NCBI GenBank assembly: GCA_964416315.1
Contig: CAYQDR010000011.1
Location: forward strand, 244-64,243
DNA from: an uncultured bacterium
GTDB taxonomy: Bacteria > Methylomirabilota > Methylomirabilia > Rokubacteriales > DASRDR01
Reading direction: 5' to 3'
DNA: 64,000 nt
Positions 37,791 through 47,844 of the stretch are shown here, in pieces (the first letter of the stretch is position 1; each line of letters begins with the position of its first letter). The translations under genes were made by a program, and so were the position numbers. The notes below the pieces were generated by a model. That model had not been told where the DNA came from. It made no database searches and saw nothing but the letters and a program-made list of their open reading frames with translations.

Positions 37791-38507
37791 GTGCCGGCGG
37801 AAGGGCTGGCCGAGAAGAAGCGGGCGCTCGAACGGAAGATCCGCGCGCGCGAGTTCGTCTTCGGGATCCAGGACGGGCTCCTCAGCACGGTCGGGCTCCT
37901 GAGCGGCGTCTCCGTCGCAACCCAGAACCGGCTCGCGGTCGTCATCACGGGGGTCGCCGCGGCGGTCACCGGCGGCATCTCGATGGCGACCGGATCGTAC
38001 CTCGCCTCGCGGACGGAGAAGGAGATCTTCGAGAAGGAGCTGCTCGACCAGGAGCGCCTGGCGGCCGACGAGCCCTATCTCGCCCAGGAGGCGCTGCTCG
38101 AGTCGCTGGTCACGGAGGGGCTCGACCGCCCCTCGGCCTACCGCGTCGTCCAGCTCATCTCGCGGCGCCAGGACCTCCTGCTCCGGACCGTGCAGGAGAA
38201 GGTCCTGGGCCTGGGCTCGGCGGACATCTCGCAGCCCGTCCGCGCGGGTACGGTGATGTTCCTCTCCTTCATGGTCGGGGCGGCGGTCCCGCTGCTCCCG
38301 TTCCTGTTGATCGCGGGCGCGATCGCGCTTCCGCTCTCCTGGGTCCTGTCGGTCGCCGTCCTGCTCGTCGTCGGCGTCTTCAAGGGGGTGCTCACGCGGA
38401 AGCCGCTCTTCCGCTCGGGGCTCGAGTTCGCGGCGGTCGCGCTGGGCTCGGCCGCGGTCGGGTGGCTGCTCGGGAAGGCCTTCGAGCGCTTCGGGGTCTC
38501 GGGCTAG
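37791..38507 (+). CDS. VIT1/CCC1 family iron/manganese transporter
   Basis: FGIQDGLLSTVGLLSGVS...MATGSYLASRTE are VIT family motifs. Confidence 0.8.
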   Translation: MPAEGLAEKKRALERKIRAREFVFGIQDGLLSTVGLLSGVSVATQNRLAVVITGVAAAVTGGISMATGSYLASRTEKEIFEKELLDQERLAADEPYLAQEALLESLVTEGLDRPSAYRVVQLISRRQDLLLRTVQEKVLGLGSADISQPVRAGTVMFLSFMVGAAVPLLPFLLIAGAIALPLSWVLSVAVLLVVGVFKGVLTRKPLFRSGLEFAAVALGSAAVGWLLGKAFERFGVSG

Positions 38508-39490
38508 GGCAGGAACCCCCGGATCGTCGCGGCCCAGGAGGCGTGGAGGTCGGGCGGAACGGCGACGGGGGCGATGATCGGGAGCGTGACGCCGAGGGCG
38601 CGGTACTCCTCGATCCGGCGGCGTCGCGCTTCCGGGCTGCCGAATGCCGCGACGGCCTCCAGCATCCGGTCGGAGACGGACGCCGCGGCCGCCTCGACGC
38701 CCCGCGGCAGGGCCGCCATCACCGCGGCGGTCTCGGTCGCGAACCCGCTCCGGTCGAACATCTGGCGGTAGAAGTCTAACGAGACGTACCGGACCGTCTC
38801 GCGGGCCAGCGCCCCCCGGGCTGCCCGCTCGTCCTCCCCGACCGCCGCGCGGACGTAGCAGGCTACGTCCACGTCGGCGGGGTTCCGGCCGGCCGTCTCG
38901 GCGCCGAGCCGCACGTTCGCGATCGCCTCCTTCGCGTAGGCGGGGGTCGCCCAGTTGAGGAGGATGCCGTCGGCGACCTCCCCGGCGAGCCGGCACATCT
39001 GAGGCCCCACCGCGGCGGCGTAGATCGGCAGCGCCGATCGCTCGGGCGCGAAGTCGAGGCGAAAGCCCGTGACGGGGACGAGACCCGTCGGCGGCAGCGG
39101 CTCCCCGCGGAGGATCGCGCGGATCAGGGCGACGTACTCCCGCATCCGGCGGACGGGGCGGTCGAAGACGACTCCGTGGCCGGCCTCGAGCGGCTGGCGG
39201 TGGCCGATGCCGAGGCCGAGAACCGCGCGCCCGCCGGAGAGGTGGTCGAGCGTGGCCGCCGACATCGCGAGGATCGCCGGCGAGCGCGGGAAGATCGTGA
39301 CGATGCCGGTCCCGAGGCGGACGCGCGCGGTCGAGAGCGCGAAGGCCGCGAGCTGGGTGAAGGCGTCCTTGCCCGAGCCCTCGGGGACCCAGACGCTCTC
39401 GTAGCCCATCGCCTCGGCGAGACGCGCCAGCTCGATGACCTGGCGGGTCGGGAGCGCCTCCTCCCGGATCCGGACGCCGAGCGGGATCAT
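38504..39490 (-). CDS. LLM-class flavin/F420-dependent oxidoreductase (luciferase-like monooxygenase)
   Basis: ELARLAEAMGYESVWVPEGSGKDAF N-terminus typical of the LLM family. It is embedded in a longer GC-frame ORF. Confidence 0.75.
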   Translation of the reverse strand: MIPLGVRIREEALPTRQVIELARLAEAMGYESVWVPEGSGKDAFTQLAAFALSTARVRLGTGIVTIFPRSPAILAMSAATLDHLSGGRAVLGLGIGHRQPLEAGHGVVFDRPVRRMREYVALIRAILRGEPLPPTGLVPVTGFRLDFAPERSALPIYAAAVGPQMCRLAGEVADGILLNWATPAYAKEAIANVRLGAETAGRNPADVDVACYVRAAVGEDERAARGALARETVRYVSLDFYRQMFDRSGFATETAAVMAALPRGVEAAAASVSDRMLEAVAAFGSPEARRRRIEEYRALGVTLPIIAPVAVPPDLHASWAATIRGFLP

Positions 39491-39491
39491 G

Positions 39492-40559
39492 TCAGCCGTG
39501 GCGGGCCCGGAGGCGCCGCGCCGCCTCGCACATCGCCTTGAGCTTCCCGTACGCCTCGTCGAGGTCCATCGGGTTCTGGACCGAAGGGGCGAAGCCGCAG
39601 TCGGGGTGGAGCGTGATCCGCTCGGGGCCGACGTACCGCATCGCCGCCTCGACGCGCGCCACGACCTCCTCGGGCGTCTCCATCCGCCGGTCGCAGTGGT
39701 CGATGCAGCCCAACCCGAGGCGCGCCGACGCCGGGAAGGTCCCGAGCGAGGCGAGCCCGCCCGCCACCGGCGTCGCGTACTCCAGCGAGAGCGTGCCGAC
39801 CCGGATCCGGGCGAGCGCCGGCATGATGAGGTCGTAGGGGCCTTCCGTGACGTGCCGGCGATCGAAGTGGGCGTGGCAGAGGTGCATGGCGGTGGCGATG
39901 CCGCCGAGCCCGTCGAGGGTCTCATTCAGGAGGTCCACGCAGAGGTCCATCTCGTGGCGGGCGTCGCGGATCCCCTCCGTCTCGCGGAACCGCGGGTCCA
40001 CGAGCGTCGCGAGCCAGGGCTCGTCGAGCTGGACCGTGTCCGCCCCCGCGTCGCGCACGGCCTCGATCTCGCGGCGGAGGATGCCGACGCAGTCGCCCAT
40101 CAGCTTCTCCCGGGTCGGATAGGCCGCGCGCGAGTGCTCGGGTTGCCACATCCGCCGCCCGATGATGTACGGCGACGGGAGCGTGGCCTTGACGCGCCGC
40201 CGCGTGCGCGCGCGGACGTACCGGACTTCCTGCGCCGCGATCGGGCGGTGATACTCGATCGGGGCGATGACCGCGGGGTAGTGCAGCCCCGCGGCGCTCG
40301 TGATGAGGTCCGGCTGAAAGCCACGGACGCGCTCCGCGAAGACCTTCACGTAGCTCTCCCGGCGCCACTCGCCGTCGGTGACCTCCTCCAGCCCCGCGCG
40401 CTCCTGGAGCGCGAGGGCCCCGTCGACCGCGCGGTCGAGCAGCCGGTCCGCCTCCTCCTCGCTGATCCGGCCGGCCTTCCGGTCGAGGACGACGTCGCGG
40501 ACCCAGGAGGGCCTGGGAAGACTCCCGATTACGGTCGTCGGGAAAAGGGGTTCCGACAC
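39492..40559 (-). CDS. cobalamin-independent methionine synthase MetE C-terminal-domain family protein (short form)
   Basis: TTVIGSLPRPSW...C/H zinc ligands (HLCHAHF, HPDCGF). 355 aa. Confidence 0.75.
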   Translation of the reverse strand: MSEPLFPTTVIGSLPRPSWVRDVVLDRKAGRISEEEADRLLDRAVDGALALQERAGLEEVTDGEWRRESYVKVFAERVRGFQPDLITSAAGLHYPAVIAPIEYHRPIAAQEVRYVRARTRRRVKATLPSPYIIGRRMWQPEHSRAAYPTREKLMGDCVGILRREIEAVRDAGADTVQLDEPWLATLVDPRFRETEGIRDARHEMDLCVDLLNETLDGLGGIATAMHLCHAHFDRRHVTEGPYDLIMPALARIRVGTLSLEYATPVAGGLASLGTFPASARLGLGCIDHCDRRMETPEEVVARVEAAMRYVGPERITLHPDCGFAPSVQNPMDLDEAYGKLKAMCEAARRLRARHG

Positions 40560-40622
40560 TCCGCCGCTCCCACGGTCAGCCCGGTGGAAACCGATCGGGG
40601 TTCCCGGGCGTTATCCGGATGA

Positions 40623-40800
40623 CCCAACCGTCCATTCCTCTCGAACGCCACGATCACCGACTCGAGCATCGTGAACACGACATGCGGCGCCACAGTCTCG
40701 GAGCTGGCCGAGTCGATGCGGGACGGGAACGTCTACGTCAACGTCCACTCGGTCGAGCATCCCGGCGGCGTGGTCCGAGGGTCAGGTCGAGGTCGACTAG
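40623..40800 (+). pseudogene. CHRD-domain C-terminal fragment (...DGNVYVNVHSVEHPGGVVRG[QVEVD]) with a terminal frameshift
   Basis: Matches the conserved CHRD end motif G-x-YVNVHT-x-x-PGGEIRGQ. The frame opens only after TGA 40620-40622. No N-terminal domain is present. Confidence 0.35.
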
Positions 40801-40853
40801 GGCAGGGCCCCACCGGTTCGTGCCCGGGTCGCTGAGGCCGGCCGTCCGTCGCC

Positions 40854-41960
40854 TCAGCCCCGGGCCGCGCCGGGGCCCCGATCCGGCGCCGGGGTCGGGG
40901 CGGCCGAGGCGCGGCGGGCGCGAGCGGCCTTGGCGAGCGACTCGAGGACGGGGATGGTGTCCTCCCAGCCCAGGCAGGCGTCGGTGATGCTCTGGCCGTG
41001 GGTCAGGGGCTGGCCGGGCCGGACGTCCTGGCGCCCGCCGACCAGGTGGCTCTCGATCATCACCCCGAAGACGTGCGGGCTCCCGCCCGCCACCTGCTCG
41101 GCGATGTCCCGGGCGACCTCGGGCTGGCGCTCCGGGTCTTTCCCGCTGTTGCCGTGCGAGCAGTCGATCATGAGGCGCGGCGGCAGGCCGGCCCGCTGGA
41201 GCGCCCGGGCGGCGGCCTGCACGTCCTCGGCCCGGTAGTTCGAGCGCCGGTGACCGCCCCGCAGGATGATGTGGCAGGCGTCGTTCCCCCGGGTCGCGAC
41301 GATGGCCGCCAGCCCCTGCTTGGTCACGGAGAGGAAGTGGTGCGGGTGCGACGCCGCCCGCACGGCGTCCACGGCGATCTGGACGGTACCGTCCGTGCCG
41401 TTCTTGAACCCCACCGGCATCGAGAGACCTGACGCCAGCTCCCGGTGCACCTGGCTCTCCGTGGTCCGCGCGCCGATCGCGGCCCAGGCCACGAGGTCGG
41501 CGATGAACTGCGGGGTGATCGTGTCCAGGAACTCCGTGCCGACGCGGACCCCCGCGTTCGTCAGGTCGAGGAGCAGGCCCCGCGCCAGGCCCAGGCCCTC
41601 GTTGATCGTGAAGCTCCCGTCCAGGTGCGGGTCGTTGATGAGCCCTTTCCAGCCGACCGTCGTGCGCGGCTTCTCGAAGTAGACGCGCATCACGATCAGC
41701 AGGTCCTCGCGCAGGCGGTCGGCGACCCCCCGGAGCCGCGCGCCGTACTCGCGCGCGGCGGTGACGTCGTGGATCGAGCAGGGCCCGGCGACGACGAGCA
41801 GGCGGTCGTCCTCTCCGCGGAGGATGCGCGTCACGGCATCGCGCCCCTCGGCGACCGTCACCGAGGCCGCCTCGGTGATCGGGTATTGCTCCATGAGGAT
41901 CGCCGGAGGGATGAGCGGCTTGAGCCGCTCGATCCGGAGGTCGTCGGTCAGGCGGAACAT
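40854..41960 (-). CDS. 3-deoxy-7-phosphoheptulonate (DAHP) synthase, class I
   Basis: LLVVAGPCSIHD...KPRTTVGWKGL are class I DAHP synthase signatures. Confidence 0.9.
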   Translation of the reverse strand: MFRLTDDLRIERLKPLIPPAILMEQYPITEAASVTVAEGRDAVTRILRGEDDRLLVVAGPCSIHDVTAAREYGARLRGVADRLREDLLIVMRVYFEKPRTTVGWKGLINDPHLDGSFTINEGLGLARGLLLDLTNAGVRVGTEFLDTITPQFIADLVAWAAIGARTTESQVHRELASGLSMPVGFKNGTDGTVQIAVDAVRAASHPHHFLSVTKQGLAAIVATRGNDACHIILRGGHRRSNYRAEDVQAAARALQRAGLPPRLMIDCSHGNSGKDPERQPEVARDIAEQVAGGSPHVFGVMIESHLVGGRQDVRPGQPLTHGQSITDACLGWEDTIPVLESLAKAARARRASAAPTPAPDRGPGAARG

Positions 41961-42018
41961 CGCGGCCTCATCTTAGCGCAGTCGGGCGGGCCGCGTCACC
42001 CTGTCGGGCTCAGCGCGC

Positions 42019-42233
42019 TCAGCGGCGGGGTACATCGCCGGCTCGGAGTGGCCCGGGAGGCGCCCAGGCTCCCAGACGTGCTTCCGCGCGACGGCCTCGT
42101 TCAGCTCGGCGCCCCAGCTGGGGCGCGTCGGGATCAGGAGGTGGCCTCCCGGACGACGGGAGGCGCGTCCACGAGCTCGTCCTTCCAGGGGACGTCGTCC
42201 ACGTCGATCTCCATGATCCGGACAGTGCCCGAA
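42019..42233 (-). pseudogene. duplicated 3' fragment (~215 bp, ~90% identical) of the enolase-superfamily gene at 47845-49059
   Basis: DNA alignment 42019-42233 versus 47855-48056. Encodes ...RIMEIDVDDVPWKDELVDAPPVV...LLIPTRPSWGAELNEAVARKHVWEPGRLPGHSEPAMY with an internal frameshift and loss of the stop. Confidence 0.55.
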
Positions 42234-42327
42234 GGTGCGGCTCGAGGCTGCTTGGCCCGCTGAAAGGCTTGATCTATCATGGATCGGTGGCAAGCACGCC
42301 GCTGGCCCAGGACGGGAAGTTGGGAGC

Positions 42328-43071
42328 ATGGCACGGGTGATGATCGTGACCGGCGGTAGCCGGGGCATCGGCGCGGCGGTCGCGCGGCTTGCCGGACGAC
42401 TGGGCTACGCCGTGTGCGTCAACTACCGAGAGCGGGCCGACCGGGCCAGGGACGTCGTTTCATCCATCGTGGCTGGCGGCGGCAGTGCCGTTGCGGTGCA
42501 GGCGGATGTTTCGATTGAAACCGATGTTGGACGCCTCTTCGCGGCGTGCGACGCGGCGCTCGGACCGGTCACGGTGTTGGTCAACAACGCGGGCGTCGCG
42601 GGAGATTCGTCCCCGATTGCCGACATCACATCCGACAATCTGAGGCGCATCCTTGGGGTCAACATCTGGAGTACTATTCTCTGTGCACGGGAGGCGATTC
42701 GTCGAATGTCACCGCGGAACGGTGGCCAGGGCGGCGCGATCGTAAATATCTCCTCGATCGGTGCGAGGGTGGGCTATTTGCCCGGGCTGGTTGCGTATGC
42801 CGCGTCCAAAGGGGCCATCGACACGCTCACCATCGGCCTCGCCAAGGAGGTGGGATGCCTCGGCATTCGGGTGAATGCCGTACGCCCCGGCCTAATCGAC
42901 ACCGAGATGCACGAGGGCAGGCGGGAGAGCTTCCAGGCCATTGCCAGGACGGTGCCGCTTCTCGCCCGTGCCGCGTCGGCGGACGAAGTGGCGTCGGCGG
43001 TGTTGTGGTTAGCCTCGGACGAAGCGTCGTACGTCTCCGGGGCGCTGGTCGACGTCACGGGTGGACGGTGA
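42328..43071 (+). CDS. SDR family oxidoreductase
   Basis: TGGSRGIGAA, NNAG, YAASKGA catalytic motif. Confidence 0.8.
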   Translation: MARVMIVTGGSRGIGAAVARLAGRLGYAVCVNYRERADRARDVVSSIVAGGGSAVAVQADVSIETDVGRLFAACDAALGPVTVLVNNAGVAGDSSPIADITSDNLRRILGVNIWSTILCAREAIRRMSPRNGGQGGAIVNISSIGARVGYLPGLVAYAASKGAIDTLTIGLAKEVGCLGIRVNAVRPGLIDTEMHEGRRESFQAIARTVPLLARAASADEVASAVLWLASDEASYVSGALVDVTGGR

Positions 43072-43224
43072 CGCACCCCAGCGTCTTCGCGCCCGGAGAG
43101 GGTACAGGTCCGACGGCCGTGACGCGCTTCGAGGGGGCGTTGAGGCTGTGCGTACGGGAGTCTGGATCTCATGCCGTGGCGCGTCGCCGCGAACGATAAG
43201 CGGTGCTACTGAGAGCGGCGGAAC

Positions 43225-44649
43225 ATGTCAGGCGATCTTGCCCTGATGTCTGCGACCGAGCTGCTCGGGCAATACCGTAGGAAGAAGCTTTCTCCCGTCG
43301 AGGTCACGCGGGCCGTTCTCGAGCGTAGTGCGAACTGCAACGATATCCTGAACGCATTCTGCCTGATCGATGAGAAGTCCGCGCTGGCCTCCGCCCAGCA
43401 GGCGGAGACGCGCTGGCGGCAGGGCCGGCCGAGAGGTCTCGTCGATGGTGTCCCAACCGCGATTAAGGACACCATGTTGACGAGGGGATGGCCGACCCGA
43501 CGCGGCTCGTGCACGGTGTCGGCCGATGGACCGTGGGAGGAGGACTCTCCCGCGGTGGCGCGCCTTCGCGAGCACGGCGCGGTCTTGATCGGGAAAACCA
43601 CCACGCCGGAATTCGGCTGGAAGGCAGTCACCGACAGCCCACTGTCGGGCATCACTCGTAACCCGTGGAATCCGGGACGCACGCCCGGTGGCAGTAGCGG
43701 AGGCGCAGCCGTGGCGGCGGCCATGGGTGCCGGCGCGCTCCACCTTGGTGGTGATGGCGGAGGGTCGATTCGGATACCGGCAGCGTTTTGTGGAGTCTAC
43801 GGCTTCAAAGCGACCTTTGGCCGGGTGCCGCTGTATCCACAACCCGTGCCAGGGACGATCACTCATCCTGGCCCGATCACCCGGACGGTTGCGGACGCCG
43901 CCCTGATGCTGACCGTGATCGGCGAGCCGGACCCGCGGGACTGGTTGGCCCTGCCCTACGACCACCGGGATTACCGGCTTGGCGTGGAGGAGGGCGTACG
44001 TGACCTCCGCATCGCCTTCAGCCGGAATCTTGGCTACGTCGACGTTGATCCCGAAATCGCGGATCTCCTCGACAAGGCCGCACAGGTGTTCGAGGAATTG
44101 GGCGCCTCCGTCGGAGAGGTCGATCCCGGGTTCGAAAACCCGCGTCGGGCCTTCGACGTGTACTACTCCATTCGTTTCACGTTCGTTGTGGATCGTCTGA
44201 CGGAGCGACAGCGAGAGCTTTTGGACCCGGGCCTGATGGAAATGGCCGAGGAGGGCCGGAGATTTGGGGTGCGAGAGGTGATGGAGGCGGAGGCAACGCG
44301 CGCAGCTCTCGGCCGCCACATGAACCTTTTCCACCAGACGTACGATCTCCTGCTGACGCCCCAGCTGCCTCTGACTGCCTTCGAAGTCGGCCTGGAATTC
44401 CCCCAGAACCGAGGTATGCGACGCTGGCTGGACTGGAGCCCGTTTACCTATCCGTTCAACTTCACGCAACAGCCGGCCGCGAGCGTTCCCTGCGGATTGA
44501 CCCGCGATGGGCTTCCGGTCGCCATCCAGATCGTCGGGCCGCGGTATCGCGAGGATCTGGTGCTCAAGGCAAGTCGAGCGTACGAGTGCGCGCGGCCGTT
44601 CAAGGTGCCGCCTCTGCCAGGGTCCGCCGCGCCCCATGCTCGGGGGTAG
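43225..44649 (+). CDS. amidase (amidase-signature family)
   Basis: GGSSGGAAVAAAMG plus GGDGGGSIRIPA signature. Confidence 0.85.
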   Translation: MSGDLALMSATELLGQYRRKKLSPVEVTRAVLERSANCNDILNAFCLIDEKSALASAQQAETRWRQGRPRGLVDGVPTAIKDTMLTRGWPTRRGSCTVSADGPWEEDSPAVARLREHGAVLIGKTTTPEFGWKAVTDSPLSGITRNPWNPGRTPGGSSGGAAVAAAMGAGALHLGGDGGGSIRIPAAFCGVYGFKATFGRVPLYPQPVPGTITHPGPITRTVADAALMLTVIGEPDPRDWLALPYDHRDYRLGVEEGVRDLRIAFSRNLGYVDVDPEIADLLDKAAQVFEELGASVGEVDPGFENPRRAFDVYYSIRFTFVVDRLTERQRELLDPGLMEMAEEGRRFGVREVMEAEATRAALGRHMNLFHQTYDLLLTPQLPLTAFEVGLEFPQNRGMRRWLDWSPFTYPFNFTQQPAASVPCGLTRDGLPVAIQIVGPRYREDLVLKASRAYECARPFKVPPLPGSAAPHARG

Positions 44650-44848
44650 TCGTCGGTGGGCATCACCTTGTGTCCTGCAGGCGAAAGCCGTCTTGGGCGA
44701 GAACCCACTCCGGCACACGGGCGAGAAGGCCCTTTACCGGCTCGACGCCTCAAACCAAGCGATTCACCGGTTCGACCCGGTAACGGGCGAGAACCGGACG
44801 TGGAGATTCCCGGGCGCCCGCCGGACGCGGGGGCCGAAGGAGGCAGCC

Positions 44849-45850
44849 ATGTCGAGACGACGGGTATGCGGGGTCGGGACCGTCCTGCTGATGGCGTTCG
44901 CGCTTCTCAGTCTGGCCGGCGAAGCGACCGCCAGAGTCACCATGAAGCTGGGACACATCTTCGCCGAAACAACGCCGATCCACAAGGCGGCCGTGCGTAT
45001 CAGCGAACTCGCAGCCCAGAAAAGCGGTGGCGAGCTGGAGATCAAGGTCTTTCCCGGCGGCCAGCTCGGCGGCATCCTGGACTTGTTCACCGGAATGAAG
45101 GCGGGCACTCTGGAGCTGCACTACGGGGGGATCAACACCTACGCCTGGATCAAGGGCGGAGAGGTCTTTCAGATCACAGCGGTGCCCTTCCTGTACCGAG
45201 ACTATGACCACATGCACCGCGTCCTCCGGTCGCCCGTCTTCAAGCCGCACCTGGAAGCAGCCGAGGCGGCCACGGGCATCAAGGTCATCGCCATCAACGG
45301 CGATACCGCCCCGCGGCAGCTCACCACGCGCGACCGGCCGGTCCGCACCGCGGCCGACTTCAAGGGTCTCAAGATCCGAATTGCCGAGAGTGCCATGGTC
45401 CGGGCGGCGATGGGGCGACTCGGCGCGAATCCCCAAGTCATCCCGTTTGCCGATCTCTATCTGGCGCTCAAGCAGGGCGTGGTGGACGCGCAGGAGAACG
45501 GCGTCATCGTGATCAAGAGCGCGTCGCTCTACGAAGTGCAGAAGTACCTGACGCTCACCCACTACATCCGGGACGAGATGGTGCTCTTCATGAGCACGGA
45601 GCGCTGGAAAGCCCTGAACCCGGCGCATCAAAAGGCGCTCATCGACGCCGCTGAGGAGGCCGGTCAGTACGAGACAGAGCTCACCCGGCGGGACATCGAT
45701 GAGGCCATGAAGCTCCTCGCCACCAAGGTGACGATCATCGAGCCGGACCTGGCATCGATCCGCAAGGCCCTGGAAGGGCTCTATGAGGAGCAGTTCGAGG
45801 GGAAGCTCTGGCCCAAGGGGCTGCTCCAGCAGGTTCGAGACTTCCGATAA
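44849..45850 (+). CDS. dctP: TRAP transporter substrate-binding protein DctP
   Basis: Signal peptide, DctP family. GAAGGAGG SD. Confidence 0.85.
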   Translation: MSRRRVCGVGTVLLMAFALLSLAGEATARVTMKLGHIFAETTPIHKAAVRISELAAQKSGGELEIKVFPGGQLGGILDLFTGMKAGTLELHYGGINTYAWIKGGEVFQITAVPFLYRDYDHMHRVLRSPVFKPHLEAAEAATGIKVIAINGDTAPRQLTTRDRPVRTAADFKGLKIRIAESAMVRAAMGRLGANPQVIPFADLYLALKQGVVDAQENGVIVIKSASLYEVQKYLTLTHYIRDEMVLFMSTERWKALNPAHQKALIDAAEEAGQYETELTRRDIDEAMKLLATKVTIIEPDLASIRKALEGLYEEQFEGKLWPKGLLQQVRDFR

Positions 45851-45912
45851 GTCAAACCGCTGCGGGGCCCCGTCGCGAGGCGGGGCCTACCGAACGCTCG
45901 GTCGATCGTCCC

Positions 45913-47193
45913 GTGATCAGCCTCCTGTTCCTCTTCTTGTTCCTGTTTTGCGCCGCCGGCTTCGAGATCTGGGCCGCCATGGGGCTGAGCGCCATCCTCT
46001 ACCTCCTGATCCGGGGGGATGTTCCGTTGAACGTCATGGCCATCACGATGGTGTCCGGGGTGGACATCGTGACGCTGGTGGCGATCCCGTTCTTCATGCT
46101 GACCGGCGAGTTGATGAACCTGTCGGGGATCACGGATCGCGTGGTGCGCTTTGCCCAATATTTCGTCGGGCGGCTCCCCGGGGGGTTGGCGTACGTGGCG
46201 GTGATCGTGAACATGATCATGGCCGGTGTGTCCGGCTCCGCGGTGGCCGACGCCAGCGCCGTCGGCTCGGTTCTCCTTCCGGCCATGGCGCGGGACGGAT
46301 ACGACAGACGATTCGCCGCCGCCATCAATGCGGCCGCGGCGACCATCGGACCGATCGTGCCGCCCAGCATTCCGATGGTCTTCATCGCCGTCATCGGCGA
46401 CCTGTCCATCGGCCGACTGTTCCTAGGCGGGGTGGTGCCGGGGCTGCTCATGGGTGTCTTCCTGGGCGTGACCGTGTACCTGCAGTCGCTGCGGCACCCG
46501 CTCCCCAGGGTCCGTACCGAGGGCGGGCTGACCGAGTTTCTGCGGCTACTGGGCGAGGTCTTCCTGGCACTCATGGCGCCGGCCATCATCTTCGCAGGGG
46601 TGGTCTTCGGCGTGGTGACCATTATCGAGGTGGCCTTTCTGGCGGTGTTCTACATCCTGGTGGTGGGCCTGTTCGGCTATCGCACGCTCGAGCTGCGAGC
46701 GCTCCCGGGAGCCTTTGCACGCGCCGCGGGGCTGTCGGCAACGATCATGGCGATCTTCGCCGGGGTTGGCGCATACTCGTGGATCATCGCCCAGGAGCAG
46801 CTTGGCGCGCAGGTGGCGCAGCACCTCCACGCCCTTGGCCTGGGCCCGTTCGGCTTCCTCCTGGTCGTCAACCTCTTCTTCCTTTTTCTCGGCTCCATCA
46901 TGGATGCGGTGCCGGCGATGCTGATCTTCTTCCCCGTCCTCTTGCCCGTCGCGACCGGGCTTGGAATCGACCCGACGCATTTTGCCGTGGTCGTGGTGCT
47001 GAATCTGGTCATCGGGCTCCTGACCCCGCCCGTGGGTGCCCTGCTGTTCTTGGTGACGAAGATCGCGGACGTCCCGTTCGAGGCGCTCGTCCCGGCAGTG
47101 ACTCCGTATCTCCTCGCCCTGTTGGCCGTGCTGGGCCTGATCACCTACATCCCGCCACTTGTCACGTTCATCCCAAACCTGGTGTTCCGTTGA
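45913..47193 (+). CDS. dctM: TRAP transporter large permease DctM
   Basis: 426 aa, polytopic. DctM family. Confidence 0.85.
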   Translation: MISLLFLFLFLFCAAGFEIWAAMGLSAILYLLIRGDVPLNVMAITMVSGVDIVTLVAIPFFMLTGELMNLSGITDRVVRFAQYFVGRLPGGLAYVAVIVNMIMAGVSGSAVADASAVGSVLLPAMARDGYDRRFAAAINAAAATIGPIVPPSIPMVFIAVIGDLSIGRLFLGGVVPGLLMGVFLGVTVYLQSLRHPLPRVRTEGGLTEFLRLLGEVFLALMAPAIIFAGVVFGVVTIIEVAFLAVFYILVVGLFGYRTLELRALPGAFARAAGLSATIMAIFAGVGAYSWIIAQEQLGAQVAQHLHALGLGPFGFLLVVNLFFLFLGSIMDAVPAMLIFFPVLLPVATGLGIDPTHFAVVVVLNLVIGLLTPPVGALLFLVTKIADVPFEALVPAVTPYLLALLAVLGLITYIPPLVTFIPNLVFR

Positions 47194-47738
47194 TGAATGT
47201 GATCCGGCTCTTCCGTGCTTGGCTTGACCGGATCCTCTCCACGGTCATAGGCGGCACATTGCTGGTCATCTTCCTTCTGAACATGTACCAAGTGGGCGGC
47301 CGGTACCTCCTCGGGGTGGGGGCCGTATGGATCCCCGACGTGACGCGCTTCCTGTTCATTTGGATGGTGTTCTTGGGAACGGCGCTGATGCACTTGCAGG
47401 GGAGGCACCTGGTCATCGAGTACGTCCAGATGCGCCTGCCTCCCGCGGTACGCCGGGCCACCAAAGCGGTGATCAGCGGCGCTATGCTGGGGGTGGCGGG
47501 CGTTCTCCTGGTCGTGGGCTGGCGGATTGCGCAACTGCGGATGGACATTCCGTACACCGGGTGGGAGGTTCCGACCGGATACGCGGCTCTGGCGGTGCCG
47601 GGGGCCGCAGTGCTCGTTGGACTGACCAACCTAGCCAACCTGTGGGATTGGCTTCGCGGAACGCCTGCGGGCATGACGGATCGCAAGGGCGGGGACAGAG
47701 ACTCGGGTTTGACCGCGCGCGAGGGTTTCGACCCCTAA
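47193..47738 (+). CDS. dctQ: TRAP transporter small permease DctQ (located after dctM)
   Basis: ~180 aa, 4 TM. ATG overlaps the dctM stop (TGATG). Confidence 0.7.
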   Translation: MNVIRLFRAWLDRILSTVIGGTLLVIFLLNMYQVGGRYLLGVGAVWIPDVTRFLFIWMVFLGTALMHLQGRHLVIEYVQMRLPPAVRRATKAVISGAMLGVAGVLLVVGWRIAQLRMDIPYTGWEVPTGYAALAVPGAAVLVGLTNLANLWDWLRGTPAGMTDRKGGDRDSGLTAREGFDP

Positions 47739-47844
47739 TCTACCTCCTTCGGGCCTCGCTCTTCTAGCCGGTGAGGGGCAGGCGCGCCGGCCGGACGAGC
47801 GGAGGCATGGGCAAAAGCGCCGGAGAGCCTACCTCGCCTCGGGC

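Noticed and set aside
38504-38507. Overlapping convergent stop codons at CTAG (VIT gene and LLM gene)
   Set aside because: Real but trivial. Convergent 4-bp overlaps at palindromic CTAG are common in compact GC-rich genomes.
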